From a virus (Duplodnaviria > Caudoviricetes), in the IMG/VR virus record IMGVR_UViG_3300005805_000359, positions 1-28,114 of that record: DNA of 28,114 nucleotides; one strand, 5' to 3'. Of the stretch, positions 7,812-16,844 are shown piece after piece (position 1 is the first letter of the stretch; the number at the start of each line of letters is the position of its first letter). The notes under the pieces were generated by a model, which saw only the letters and a list, made by a program, of their open reading frames with translations, was not told where the DNA came from and ran no database searches. The position numbers and the translations under genes are program-made.

Positions 7812-9763
7812 CTCTTACCCCTCGGTGTCAGGTCTAGGCGGATGTCTCCGACAGACCACGGTGCGTCCTCGGTCGCTTCTACCCGATATCGTATCTCTCT
7901 TCCAGTAACGCGGACGTCCGTGTAGCCGCTTGATCGTGGCGTGTACGGGCCAGCCGTAGTCTCTGCGGCTTCCGGTGTCATGGAGGCGAAGAACGTCAGC
8001 TCGGTCGATGCGTAGCCGTAGCCGGAATCTGTGATCGCCTGCTTCACCGTCATCAAATTCTCGCCGTTCGCCAAGTTCAACGATCCCGTCTCGGCGTATC
8101 GTGATCCGATCAGAGGTACACCGGCAGCGGTCCATCCGTTCTCGTGGTAGTATAGGTAATTGTCGCCGTCTGACGCTATCGGGTACGGGTAGATGCCCGA
8201 CGGAGACGCAGCCGTGCGCGTCATCGCTCCAAGACCCCACCAGCCCTCCATATAGTTGTAGCAGACGTACTGATCTGGGATCGAGTTGCCGGTGGACGGA
8301 TACCAGAACCACACCTCGTTGAACGTGCCGTTCTCCGATCCGTGCGTGTAGAGCAGGCCGGCTGCTGGGTCCATGTCCTGCAACACATACTCGCCCACGT
8401 CAGACGGAAGCGGCTTGACGTACCCGCCGTCGAATATCCAGAAGCCGTTCGACGACATCCAGATGCAGCGCCCTGAGAACGTCGCAAACGATTCTGGCGA
8501 CATCAAGCCGCAACCGAAGCCGATCCGTTCAAAGCCGTAGATGTACGGCAGGCCGATATACTTCATCAGCCAGACTTCTTCCTCGGTGAAGATCAGCGTT
8601 CCCTCGCGCACTGGCGCGGCCATGACGATCTTCGACTGCGTATCGAGATCATAGAACCCGGCTGTCGTGGTGGCCGACGCAAAGTTCCACTCCGTGTAGT
8701 CCTCCTGATTGGACCAGCCAACACGTCGCGATTCACCACCGCAACCGAACAGCACGGCGTGGCGCTCCGGCGTAATAAACACGCCGCGATTGTTTGTCGG
8801 CACACTCGGATGCGTCACGGTTCCGCCTGACGATGTAGCGTTTGGCATCGGGTTCGCGTAGGTAAATGTCGTCAGGGTTGGGACTGTGGTGACGGTGAAC
8901 GTGCCATTAAAGCGCGTATCGGTGACGCCTGCGACGATAACGGAATCGCCGACGCGGAAGTCGTGGTAGAGCGTCGTCGTTATCGTCGTCACGTTTGTCG
9001 CGCTGACGGCTGACGTGATATTCGAGAACCCAACCTGAGCCGCGTTAGCTTCGCCGTATGCCCAACGAAGCAGGCGACCGTCAGACGATGCTACGGCAAG
9101 GATTTCCTCCCCCCAGTTGTCTATCGTCCAAGAGAACGACGGCACGAAAAACGGATCGACTGGCCTGCGATCTGCGACCGGTAGAGATGCGGTCCCGCCA
9201 GATGATGATGCGTTAGCCGCCGTCTGTGCATACGTAAATGTCGTCGTGGTCGGGACAGACGCAATCGTGAACGTGCCATCGAATGTCGACGTGGTGACGC
9301 CAGCAATCAATACGCTCATGCCGACGGGATACGAGTGCGCCTCGGCTGTCGTGATTGTTACGACGTTTGTCGATCTCACGGCGCTGGTGATGACGTGCGA
9401 CGCTTCATCTAGCCCGTAGAGCAACTCTCCGAAGTCACCGGCACCATAGCCGCCATACAGGCCCGTCTCGGGGGCGATGTATGACGCAGGCGTGATCGCG
9501 GTGTAGCTTGAGCTTTCGAGGATGTTCAAGCTGTCGCTGCATCCGATAGCCGTCACCTTCAGGCCATTGTTCAGCGCCCACGAAAAAATCTTTCGCGCTT
9601 GGCTGTTGAGTGGCGTCGAGTTGATGCGCTGCCAACCGCCAACCGGCAGCAGCTTGTTGCTCTGCCAGCGGATGAGGTTGGAATCCCAATAGCGTCCCTT
9701 GGCCTGCAACGGTGTCGCTGGCTTGATTACTCCGGGAGGGACGGGTATCGGGACAAGCGCCAT
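7808..9763 (-). CDS. Tail hub/nozzle (packaged-DNA stabilisation, P22 gp10/T7 gp12-like) protein with two inserted Thr-rich beta domains
   Basis: 651 aa, beta-rich with a WSNQED..W motif; position before the GNAT-like and ejection genes; internal duplication visible. Confidence 0.7.
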   Translation of the reverse strand: MALVPIPVPPGVIKPATPLQAKGRYWDSNLIRWQSNKLLPVGGWQRINSTPLNSQARKIFSWALNNGLKVTAIGCSDSLNILESSSYTAITPASYIAPETGLYGGYGAGDFGELLYGLDEASHVITSAVRSTNVVTITTAEAHSYPVGMSVLIAGVTTSTFDGTFTIASVPTTTTFTYAQTAANASSSGGTASLPVADRRPVDPFFVPSFSWTIDNWGEEILAVASSDGRLLRWAYGEANAAQVGFSNITSAVSATNVTTITTTLYHDFRVGDSVIVAGVTDTRFNGTFTVTTVPTLTTFTYANPMPNATSSGGTVTHPSVPTNNRGVFITPERHAVLFGCGGESRRVGWSNQEDYTEWNFASATTTAGFYDLDTQSKIVMAAPVREGTLIFTEEEVWLMKYIGLPYIYGFERIGFGCGLMSPESFATFSGRCIWMSSNGFWIFDGGYVKPLPSDVGEYVLQDMDPAAGLLYTHGSENGTFNEVWFWYPSTGNSIPDQYVCYNYMEGWWGLGAMTRTAASPSGIYPYPIASDGDNYLYYHENGWTAAGVPLIGSRYAETGSLNLANGENLMTVKQAITDSGYGYASTELTFFASMTPEAAETTAGPYTPRSSGYTDVRVTGREIRYRVEATEDAPWSVGDIRLDLTPRGKR

Positions 9764-10287
9764 TATGCAACCCCTGATCGAGCAAGTTCTGATGCCGCTA
9801 CTTGTACCTCATTTACGCGTCTGGTCCAACCCTTGCCGAACGTGTCGAACGTCGATAGGCGCTGGAGGAAGTCGAGGCGTGCGTTCGAGATCAGATTGAC
9901 GATATGGTCCGGCGAGTGCTGGGCAATGGCCGCGAGCGTACCCTTGCCGATCATACCGTCAGCGGTCGCGCCAACGGCTTGCTGCAACATCTTGGACGCC
10001 CGGCCAACGCCTGAGTTCACCGCGAGATCGTAGACGGCGTAGTCGACGCCATCAGGCAGATCGTCGCCCTTGACCTTGTCCCAGTACTGACGCTTGTAGA
10101 AGGGCTTGACGATCTCCGGCGTCAGCGCTCGCATCTCTGCCTCGCCTACCGGCTTCTCGATATAGGCTTCCCATGCCTTCTTCGTTACACCGAGGTTCGT
10201 CATGCCCCCGGGGTCTTTGGGGTGATTCACGAATTTCCCCTCATGCTTCAGCACTGCGGCGAACGCCTTCTCCCAATTCGCAATCAT
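9763..10287 (-). CDS. Endolysin, glycoside hydrolase family 108 with C-terminal peptidoglycan-binding region
   Basis: LKHEGKFVNHPKDPGGMTNLGVT, YWD, DLAVNSG, LQQAVGATADGMIG and FGKGWTRR motifs. The usual EGGY motif reads EGKF, with Glu retained. Confidence 0.9.
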   Translation of the reverse strand: MIANWEKAFAAVLKHEGKFVNHPKDPGGMTNLGVTKKAWEAYIEKPVGEAEMRALTPEIVKPFYKRQYWDKVKGDDLPDGVDYAVYDLAVNSGVGRASKMLQQAVGATADGMIGKGTLAAIAQHSPDHIVNLISNARLDFLQRLSTFDTFGKGWTRRVNEVQVAASELARSGVA

Positions 10288-10820
10288 TTCTCTGCCTTTG
10301 GTGTCGAGTTATAGATCATCTTGTCCTTGGCCGTGTCCGAAGCCGAAGCCCCGAAGTAGAACGCCATCACGCCAGACCAACCGGCGGTTAGCGTGCCGAG
10401 AAGCATGAGAAGGATTTCGCTGCCGTTCATCGGCAAGCCGCCAACCAGAACCCAGCCGATGATCCCGAAATAGCCCATCGTAATTAGGATCGCCAACGCC
10501 CTTGGCAGCCAGTCGCGTGTCTCGCGCTGCATCTCACGAGCAGACTTGCGGTCGTCGACGGCGAGCTTCGCGAGATCGACATCGAGTGCCTTCATCTGCA
10601 CCTTGAAGTCAGCGTCGATCTTCTTGACCGCAGCCATCTGCTCCGGCGATGCTGTAGCCATAGCAGCCATCACGTCGGCCTCTGAGCCGTCCTCATTGCC
10701 GAGAAGTGCCTGCGATAGAGCCTTCACTCCGAGGCCAGCCAGTGGCCCTCCCAGAGCCGTGGCGATGCTTGGCGCAATAGAGCCGAGCAGCGGCCCGAAG
10801 TTTTTTAACAGATTATCCAT
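10284..10820 (-). CDS. Putative holin (3TM-type)
   Basis: IATALGGPLAG N-terminus, DRKSAREM motif, two C-terminal hydrophobic helices ending FYFG; coupled to the endolysin gene. Confidence 0.7.
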   Translation of the reverse strand: MDNLLKNFGPLLGSIAPSIATALGGPLAGLGVKALSQALLGNEDGSEADVMAAMATASPEQMAAVKKIDADFKVQMKALDVDLAKLAVDDRKSAREMQRETRDWLPRALAILITMGYFGIIGWVLVGGLPMNGSEILLMLLGTLTAGWSGVMAFYFGASASDTAKDKMIYNSTPKAEK

Positions 10821-10829
10821 CCCGATCTC

Positions 10830-11300
10830 CTACTTGTGTGTGAACAGTACCATGCCGATGCCAACGCAAACGGCGAACAATATAACGGCACCGATGAGCC
10901 ACGCGCCCATGATGAGGTCTTTGCGGTTCTCTTCAGCTTCGAGCTGCGCGGCAAGTATCTGCCGCTGGGCTTCCTTACGGGCCTCGATTATCTCTTTTTG
11001 AATGGCCGACCACGCTCCCACGCCGTATACAGAAACAAATAGATTGCGTGTGTCTAGTTGTAGTTTCTGCGCCTTCTGCTTCAGCGTGTACAGTTTTATC
11101 GCTTCGGCTTCGTACTCGGCTTGGCTCTGGAAGAGCTTTTTCTTGCGCTTGCCGGAAGTGAGCTGCGTGATCTGCGCGATTCTACCGAAGAGCGTCCCGA
11201 CGCGGTCTGCCACATCCATCATCTCGTGGCCGCTATCCACGGCGTTTTTAATCGTAGAGAATAACGCACTTGCCCCGGCGATAAGCGTAAAGGGGTCCAT
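10830..11300 (-). CDS. Membrane-anchored phage protein in the lysis region (156 aa)
   Basis: MDPFT start, coiled-coil body and a C-terminal TM helix. Confidence 0.65.
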   Translation of the reverse strand: MDPFTLIAGASALFSTIKNAVDSGHEMMDVADRVGTLFGRIAQITQLTSGKRKKKLFQSQAEYEAEAIKLYTLKQKAQKLQLDTRNLFVSVYGVGAWSAIQKEIIEARKEAQRQILAAQLEAEENRKDLIMGAWLIGAVILFAVCVGIGMVLFTHK

Positions 11301-11480
11301 TCACGAACCCCTATGCCAATCTCTTATGGCAAGAACAATGCGGATCACGACAAGCACCAAACCACCGACGGCAATGGCAAACCCGATCCAACCCTGCAAC
11401 TCCATCATCCATAGCGGCATCGTAATAGCACCCGTCGCTATGGTTGAATCAATCGCAAGTTTGGTTTCGTGGATGGCCAT
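11301..11480 (-). CDS. Small membrane protein, holin/antiholin-like (59 aa)
   Basis: Start reassigned to ATG 11480; hydrophobic helix WIGFAIAVGGLVLVVIRIVLAI. Confidence 0.6.
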   Translation of the reverse strand: MAIHETKLAIDSTIATGAITMPLWMMELQGWIGFAIAVGGLVLVVIRIVLAIRDWHRGS

Positions 11481-11481
11481 A

Positions 11482-11649
11482 TTACGCCTCGGGTGGCTGT
11501 TCTGGTGCTGCTGCGGCTTGTGCTTCAGCAAGTTGCGGCTCGGCCTGAGCGCGTATCTTTGCGACGATCTCATGCACCTGAGCGTATGGCGCATTGCCAA
11601 GCGCTCCCATGATCGTATTAATTTCTGCTATGGTAAACTCGAATTTCAT
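11482..11649 (-). CDS. Small hypothetical phage protein (55 aa)
   Basis: MKFEFTIAEINTIMGALGNAPYAQV; ATGA-coupled to the upstream gene with a GGAG RBS. Confidence 0.65.
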   Translation of the reverse strand: MKFEFTIAEINTIMGALGNAPYAQVHEIVAKIRAQAEPQLAEAQAAAAPEQPPEA

Positions 11650-11867
11650 ATTTGCACTCCCTTTAACTCTTCCACTGTCGCACACGCATCGACTAAGTTT
11701 GTGATGTCGCGGAGCCGCTGCTTCTCGGCGACGATGGCTGCGGTGTCTGCACTACTCTCAAGCGCACGTTGGAAGGCTACGTCCTGCGCGGCAAGTAGTG
11801 GCTCACGCTCTGCCCGTAGACGGTCTTTCGTGATGTCCTTGGCCTTAACGATGTTGATCGTGATCAT
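11646..11867 (-). CDS. Tail fibre assembly chaperone-like protein (73 aa)
   Basis: LRAEREPLLAAQD...KQRLRDIT pattern; ATGA-coupled start at 11867; downstream of the fibre gene. Confidence 0.65.
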   Translation of the reverse strand: MITINIVKAKDITKDRLRAEREPLLAAQDVAFQRALESSADTAAIVAEKQRLRDITNLVDACATVEELKGVQI

Positions 11868-12127
11868 GCTGCATCTCCGGTATTCTGTGCGGCGTACCAA
11901 GCATCATGTCCCATGCCCGTCCCGTCAGGCGATGACATATCTGCCTCCCACGCATTGCGGAACGTGCGGTCGGATGGGATATCCTCGGTGGCGACTATCT
12001 TGTATGGCTTACCGACAGGGACGCTCCTTGCAACAATTTCCTCAATGGTCATCGTCGCAACAGCAGATGGCGATGGGATAATGATTGAGACGCCACCGTC
12101 GTCGTTTGGGTATATGATGCGGTTCAT
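11864..12127 (-). CDS. Tail fibre-associated protein (87 aa)
   Basis: IIY...GVSIIIP...VPVGKPYKIV...DIPSDRTFRNAW; immediately follows the fibre gene. Confidence 0.65.
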   Translation of the reverse strand: MNRIIYPNDDGGVSIIIPSPSAVATMTIEEIVARSVPVGKPYKIVATEDIPSDRTFRNAWEADMSSPDGTGMGHDAWYAAQNTGDAA

Positions 12128-12139
12128 TTGGTGATCCTT

Positions 12140-13630
12140 TTAACGGAAGAAAGCTAGCGAGATATATCCAACATCAACTTGCGACCCGCCCGGACTAATT
12201 GTTGCTACTCTACACGCTGACGTAGTTGGAGCGGTTGTAAACGGAGAAGAAGCTAACCGTGCATTAGATGCCCCTGATCCACAAGTAGCTGATATTGCAT
12301 AATTAGCGTCTGGCAGTGCAGTCGTAAAATTAATCGTATAGTCACCCGTAGCATTATCCGTTATGTTTGTAACATTGCCGTCAGCACGGATATTTGGCGT
12401 TCCACCCCCATCGAATTGTACCCACGCACGGCAGCCGTATGCCACCGCTGCGGAGCCGTAGCCGGAGTTGAAGGAGAATAGCCCTGCTGAACTAATTTGT
12501 GCTTGAGTGACAACAGTTGCCGATCCATCTGGCGATACGCGAAATAACATATTCCCCGGCATATCGTTTGTTCCGGGGGTTGTGGCACATTGGACCAATA
12601 TTTGGCCCCCACTAACAAAATTGCTCCCGTCATACCCGTAGAAAGTAACTGCACCGATATTATCGCCAGTAGAAATTATTGTTGGGGACGCTTCAGTCCC
12701 GCGAGATTTTTTGAAAATTAGGATTGGAGTACTATTATCCGTTGAGTATCTAGTAATATTTACCGCCGTAGCCGTCCCAGACACCTCAAGATTAGCGTTT
12801 GGCGTAGTCGTCCCAATCCCGACATTGCCACCAAAATAGTTCACCGCAGTTCCGGCAGCGTAGAAGCCATACGTCGTGCCGCCGCCCGTGGCTGTGTTTA
12901 CTGCGGAGTAATAGCCGTATGCAGTCTTGCCAGCCGTTACTGCTGCGGTGTTGGCGGCGAAATGTCCGTAATTGTTAGTGGCCCCGGTTAAATTATTCTC
13001 TGAAACAAAACCATACTGGTTTGAAAATGTAGCAGTTCCAAATGAAGCCTGACTAGTCCTAAAGTGTTTTACATCAGCCAAAGTACCAGACACGGCACTG
13101 GCGTTTGTAGAAAAATATATTGCACTTGTAGTCACATCTGGTTGGATTGCCCCGTCAGCAAAAATATTAAACGCTGAAACAGCACCAGTAATAGTTTTTG
13201 ATACCCTCAACCCTTGATTTGTGAGCGTCGTCGTCCCGATCCCGACACTGCCCGACGTATTAATCGTCATCGCCGTGGTCGCACCGTTATTGCCGACCTG
13301 CATCACGATGCTGTCAGACGTGCCGACACCGGATGTTGACTTAAGCGTCAGCGTAGAACTTACCGCAGACCCGCCAGTGACGAGCGGCATCGTTCCGGTC
13401 AGCGTCAGCAAGCCAGACACGTTTACCGCACCCGTCGTTGTCAGCGTCCCTGCGACAGCTAGCGTCTTACCCGCGCCGACGTTTAGCCCGACCGAGGTGC
13501 CGGTCCCTGCGGCAGCGAACAGCGCGTCTACCGTGTCCCAGTCTGCGTTTGTCTTCGTCCCCCACGTATCCCGTGACGCACCGACCTCCGGCTTCGTCAG
13601 GTTGAGGTTTGCGGTATAGCTATCGGCCAT
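12140..13630 (-). CDS. Tail fibre / receptor-binding protein (496 aa)
   Basis: N-terminal anchor LNLTKPEVGASRDTWGTK, two G(S/N)VGIGTT motifs, C-terminal CRAWVQFDG...GDYTINF domain; Gly/Thr/Ser-rich. Confidence 0.8.
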   Translation of the reverse strand: MADSYTANLNLTKPEVGASRDTWGTKTNADWDTVDALFAAAGTGTSVGLNVGAGKTLAVAGTLTTTGAVNVSGLLTLTGTMPLVTGGSAVSSTLTLKSTSGVGTSDSIVMQVGNNGATTAMTINTSGSVGIGTTTLTNQGLRVSKTITGAVSAFNIFADGAIQPDVTTSAIYFSTNASAVSGTLADVKHFRTSQASFGTATFSNQYGFVSENNLTGATNNYGHFAANTAAVTAGKTAYGYYSAVNTATGGGTTYGFYAAGTAVNYFGGNVGIGTTTPNANLEVSGTATAVNITRYSTDNSTPILIFKKSRGTEASPTIISTGDNIGAVTFYGYDGSNFVSGGQILVQCATTPGTNDMPGNMLFRVSPDGSATVVTQAQISSAGLFSFNSGYGSAAVAYGCRAWVQFDGGGTPNIRADGNVTNITDNATGDYTINFTTALPDANYAISATCGSGASNARLASSPFTTAPTTSACRVATISPGGSQVDVGYISLAFFR

Positions 13631-13639
13631 CGTTATCTC

Positions 13640-14464
13640 CTACTGCCATGTCTGTGGCGATGTGCTCGCCGGTGTCCAAGTATCGCTCGCCACGTCCAGC
13701 ACCGCCCACGAACCACCAGAGTTGCCCACCGGTGTCCACATCTCGTCCGACACCGTCTCCGCTGACCACGTCTCTGCGGGTACCGCGTCTGGCTCCCACA
13801 GGTAGCGACCGTTGGCCGTCATGTCCGACACGACAATCGACGACGCGGTAACGAATTGTATCCGCACTGGGGCGGCCTCTGCCGCACTCTGTGCTTCGAT
13901 ATTCAATACACCAGAATACGTCGCAGTGCCACCCGCACTCGCGGAGCTGGTGGCTGCGGCTGTGAGATCGACGAACTTGACCCGCACTGCCGTAAACGTA
14001 GCCGAAGACGTCGCCGCACCGGTAGCCGCAGCGAGCTGCACGACATACGGATCAGCCGTGCCGCCGCTCTGTGCCGCGCCCGTAGCGGAGGCTGGCTGCA
14101 CGCGGATCGAAGTTGCCGCAGCACTACTCTGAGCCGCTGCCGTAATCGCCGCAGTGCGCACGCGCTGGGCTGCTGCTGAGGCGCTTGACGTTGCCGAGAT
14201 CGTCTCTGCGGCTGACTTGATCGTTACAGCCGCCGCCGACGCACTACTCGTGGCCGCAGCAGTCATCGCGGCAGCTTCAATGCGCACCACGGTCGCCGTG
14301 GCGTTACTCTGAACCGCAGCGGTCGCCGCTGCCGCTGATGTCTCTACGGCTGCGGCTGAAGCGCTGCTGGTCGCGGCCATAGTAGCTTCGGCGTCTACGA
14401 TCAGAGCCTGACCGTATACGCCTATGCCGTAGTCGAATGAGCCATAGTCGCGACCGTTCGCCAT
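13640..14464 (-). CDS. Ala/Ser/Thr-rich repeat virion protein (fibre/whisker-like, 274 aa)
   Basis: Ten 20-aa repeats, N-terminal YG repeats and six C-terminal Trp residues at 10-aa spacing. Confidence 0.7.
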   Translation of the reverse strand: MANGRDYGSFDYGIGVYGQALIVDAEATMAATSSASAAAVETSAAAATAAVQSNATATVVRIEAAAMTAAATSSASAAAVTIKSAAETISATSSASAAAQRVRTAAITAAAQSSAAATSIRVQPASATGAAQSGGTADPYVVQLAAATGAATSSATFTAVRVKFVDLTAAATSSASAGGTATYSGVLNIEAQSAAEAAPVRIQFVTASSIVVSDMTANGRYLWEPDAVPAETWSAETVSDEMWTPVGNSGGSWAVLDVASDTWTPASTSPQTWQ

Positions 14465-14465
14465 A

Positions 14466-14858
14466 TTAGTCCAGCGTTACGATGAGTGTGCCAGTGTTGA
14501 AGCGCAGGACGTCGCCCGTGTCGATGGTCTTCGAAATCGTCAGGTCGGCGTATGCGAGGAGGTTGCCGGAAGTCGAGGCGTCGAACACGCCTGCCGCTAC
14601 AATCGTACCCCACGAACCGCCAGCGGTCGGGAACTCGACTGCGGCACTGTTAGCCGCCTGAGACGGCGCTGTGCCTGACACGGTGAACGACGCGCTCTGG
14701 CGGACGTATGACGTGCCTGAGCACTCCGTACCACCACCGGCCTCGCCGGGGGCTACCGTGTAGAGTGCGACATACCACGCCGTCGGGCGAGTGGCTGTCG
14801 ATGCCGTGAAGAGAAAATCGAGGACCAAGTCCTCAGAGAAATTGGTAAAGCCGGGCAT
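14466..14858 (-). CDS. Conserved phage structural protein, fibre/collar-associated (130 aa)
   Basis: YVALYT..P...GTECSGTSYVRQ...FPTA...WGTI...FDA..GNLL pattern; AAGGAG RBS. Confidence 0.7.
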   Translation of the reverse strand: MPGFTNFSEDLVLDFLFTASTATRPTAWYVALYTVAPGEAGGGTECSGTSYVRQSASFTVSGTAPSQAANSAAVEFPTAGGSWGTIVAAGVFDASTSGNLLAYADLTISKTIDTGDVLRFNTGTLIVTLD

Positions 14859-14867
14859 GGTAGCTCC

Positions 14868-15488
14868 TTATCCGTAAGTGATGCGTGTACGGGCAACGAG
14901 AGGCCCACCGGAGTGTGTTGACGTCTTGCTCTCATCATTGAGAGCCTCGAAGCGCGTCGAGTACATAGACGCGAATGTCGGGATGCGCTGATCGTCCATC
15001 AGGAACGGTGAGGCGTGTACGAGAGAACCGTACAGGTACAGGTCTGGCGCTTTCGTCAGCAGCCAATTCGTTGTCACGGCATCGCTCAAAGCAGGCACCT
15101 TGCCGTAGTAGATCATCTCGATCTCGACGTTGTCACCGGGTGCCGGTACGAGTTCGATTGCGCCATTCATCAGCGAGTAGAACGTCGACGCGGTGTAGTT
15201 CTGCAACTTGTTGATGCGGTCTGCCTCATCGAGCGTCACGAAGCGCAGCGGCTGCTGGCCGTCGACGATGTGGAGGTTGATGGCCTCAAGCCAGTCTGCC
15301 GGTAGCTGTACGTACTCAGCCGAGCTGGTGGCGGTCGCACGGACAATCATCTCACGAGTGCGCAGGCGCGTATTGATGTCTGCCTCAACGAATTGGATGA
15401 ACACGGGTATCTGAGCCGTGAGGTCTTCCCGGTTGAGCCAAGCCGCGATCTGCGACTGGAGAGATGCGTAGTCCGTAATTGTGGTCAT
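14868..15488 (-). CDS. Head-to-tail adaptor protein (206 aa)
   Basis: ITDYASLQ..IAAWLNREDL...FIQFVEADINTRLR...LPADW...NWLL...PDLYLYGSL motifs; follows the capsid genes. Confidence 0.75.
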   Translation of the reverse strand: MTTITDYASLQSQIAAWLNREDLTAQIPVFIQFVEADINTRLRTREMIVRATATSSAEYVQLPADWLEAINLHIVDGQQPLRFVTLDEADRINKLQNYTASTFYSLMNGAIELVPAPGDNVEIEMIYYGKVPALSDAVTTNWLLTKAPDLYLYGSLVHASPFLMDDQRIPTFASMYSTRFEALNDESKTSTHSGGPLVARTRITYG

Positions 15489-15811
15489 CCGTTCATCCAG
15501 TGCGTCTTGTATGGTGCGGCTTCTTCAGACTTCAGCCAGCGGCGCATTGCGATTTTATCGCGCAGGATACCGCGCTGCAAAAGGTCAAGGTGTACGGCCA
15601 TCGGGATGCGAGCAACTCGCACCATGTCGCCTGATTTCGTAGTGCGTGAGACGTCGTTGCGGATTGTGATGTTCTCTTCAGCAATCGCGTCAATCTGCGT
15701 CTCGTTCGTGAAGTGCATCTTGCCGTCGGTGTCGACGTGCATCTTAGACATTTCGCCTGAGAATGAATCGTAACCGAGCGTGAAAACTCCGGGGGCAAAC
15801 TCTTCGGCCAT
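15485..15811 (-). CDS. Hypothetical protein between major capsid and adaptor (108 aa)
   Basis: AGGAAA RBS, VARIP...W motif; coupled to the adaptor gene. Confidence 0.7.
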   Translation of the reverse strand: MAEEFAPGVFTLGYDSFSGEMSKMHVDTDGKMHFTNETQIDAIAEENITIRNDVSRTTKSGDMVRVARIPMAVHLDLLQRGILRDKIAMRRWLKSEEAAPYKTHWMNG

Positions 15812-15832
15812 CTGTGTTTCCTATGTGTGAGG

Positions 15833-15854
15833 GGGGCCGGTGTTACCCGGCCCC
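15833..15854 (-). terminator. GC-rich hairpin after the major capsid gene (weak terminator or mRNA-stabilising stem)
   Basis: GGGGCCGG-gtaaca-CCGGCCCC perfect 8-bp stem 7 nt after the capsid stop codon; no U-tract follows. Confidence 0.55.
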
Positions 15855-15861
15855 GATCATA

Positions 15862-16842
15862 TTAAGCAGATGGCGTGAGGTTCGCAATCGCGGCAGCGGA
15901 CAGCTCGTTCTTCACGCGCAGGCCGTACTCCACGATGAGTTCCTTCTTCGTCGAATCGCCAACGGCGGCGATGTCGAGGGTTTCGTATGGGCGGAGGTAC
16001 GAGATAGATGCGTACTCTGGGTCCATGACGATAGCAAAGCGCTCGTCGAAGAAGCGGTTAGGCACAATCGCCACCTGACCGAAGTCCGAGAGGTAGATGT
16101 CAGCGGTCGCAACGATCTTCAGCGGTGACGCCGAGTCGTTGTACATACGCTGCTGCGCGAGGCCAGCGAAGCCCGAGGCTACGGTCTTGTTGTATGGACC
16201 GGTCATCAGGATCGACGGATCACCGCCCTGCGTCCAGACGCTCTGGATCGCGGTCTTCAACATCGTCTCGGTGAAGGCGACGTCAGTCGCAGTCGAGAGA
16301 GATGTCCAAGCGGCGTTTGGATAGCCGTTTGGCGAGGACGACAGCGTAGGTGCTACTGCGCTGTTGGCGATGCTGTTGGTGCGGAGCCACGCAGGCATAC
16401 CGGCAGTGGTACGCGCAGTTGACGTGTTACCAGCAGAAGCGGCTTGGTTCGAGCAGATGATCTTCTCGACGTCGCGCTTCAACTCCTTCGCCTTCTTAGC
16501 CGTTTCGTAGGCCAGGAGAGTGCGCATACCGGCCATGTTGACCGACTGTGCGGTGCCGGAGACGGCCACGATCTTCGTGGAAATCTGCGTGTAGTTCGCG
16601 ACGCGGTTGGTTGCGACGAAGTCAGCGTCACCGGCGGTTGCGCCTTCGACTGCTGCGTTCGAGCCGTCTGCGGCTGCGAGCTGGTCTGTTTGCCACTCGA
16701 AATATGTGTTGTCAGCCGTGTCACGACCGATATTCGAGGTCATCGGGGTGCTGGTTGGGCTGATGTCGTAGATGATGTTCGAGAGGTCTTCGCGCATCGA
16801 ATTAACGGCGTTGTACGTCTTTGCGTTGGTAACTGAAGCCAT
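15862..16842 (-). CDS. Major capsid protein (DUF5309/SU10-like family, 326 aa)
   Basis: REDLSNIIYDISPTSTP, FEWQTDQL, NYTQI, ELKRDVE, YLSDFG and EYGL motifs; follows the scaffold gene. Confidence 0.88.
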   Translation of the reverse strand: MASVTNAKTYNAVNSMREDLSNIIYDISPTSTPMTSNIGRDTADNTYFEWQTDQLAAADGSNAAVEGATAGDADFVATNRVANYTQISTKIVAVSGTAQSVNMAGMRTLLAYETAKKAKELKRDVEKIICSNQAASAGNTSTARTTAGMPAWLRTNSIANSAVAPTLSSSPNGYPNAAWTSLSTATDVAFTETMLKTAIQSVWTQGGDPSILMTGPYNKTVASGFAGLAQQRMYNDSASPLKIVATADIYLSDFGQVAIVPNRFFDERFAIVMDPEYASISYLRPYETLDIAAVGDSTKKELIVEYGLRVKNELSAAAIANLTPSA

Positions 16843-16844
16843 GA

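Noticed and set aside
11002-12081. 359-aa + strand ORF, and the other long + strand ORFs such as 1724-2521, 3937-4782 and 6537-7301
   Set aside because: They lie opposite well-supported, tightly coupled - strand genes and have Arg/Ser/Cys-rich shadow composition.
12140-13630. Diversity-generating retroelement or invertible cassette acting on the tail fibre
   Set aside because: No reverse transcriptase, template repeat, second fibre tip or flanking inverted repeats seen in this window.
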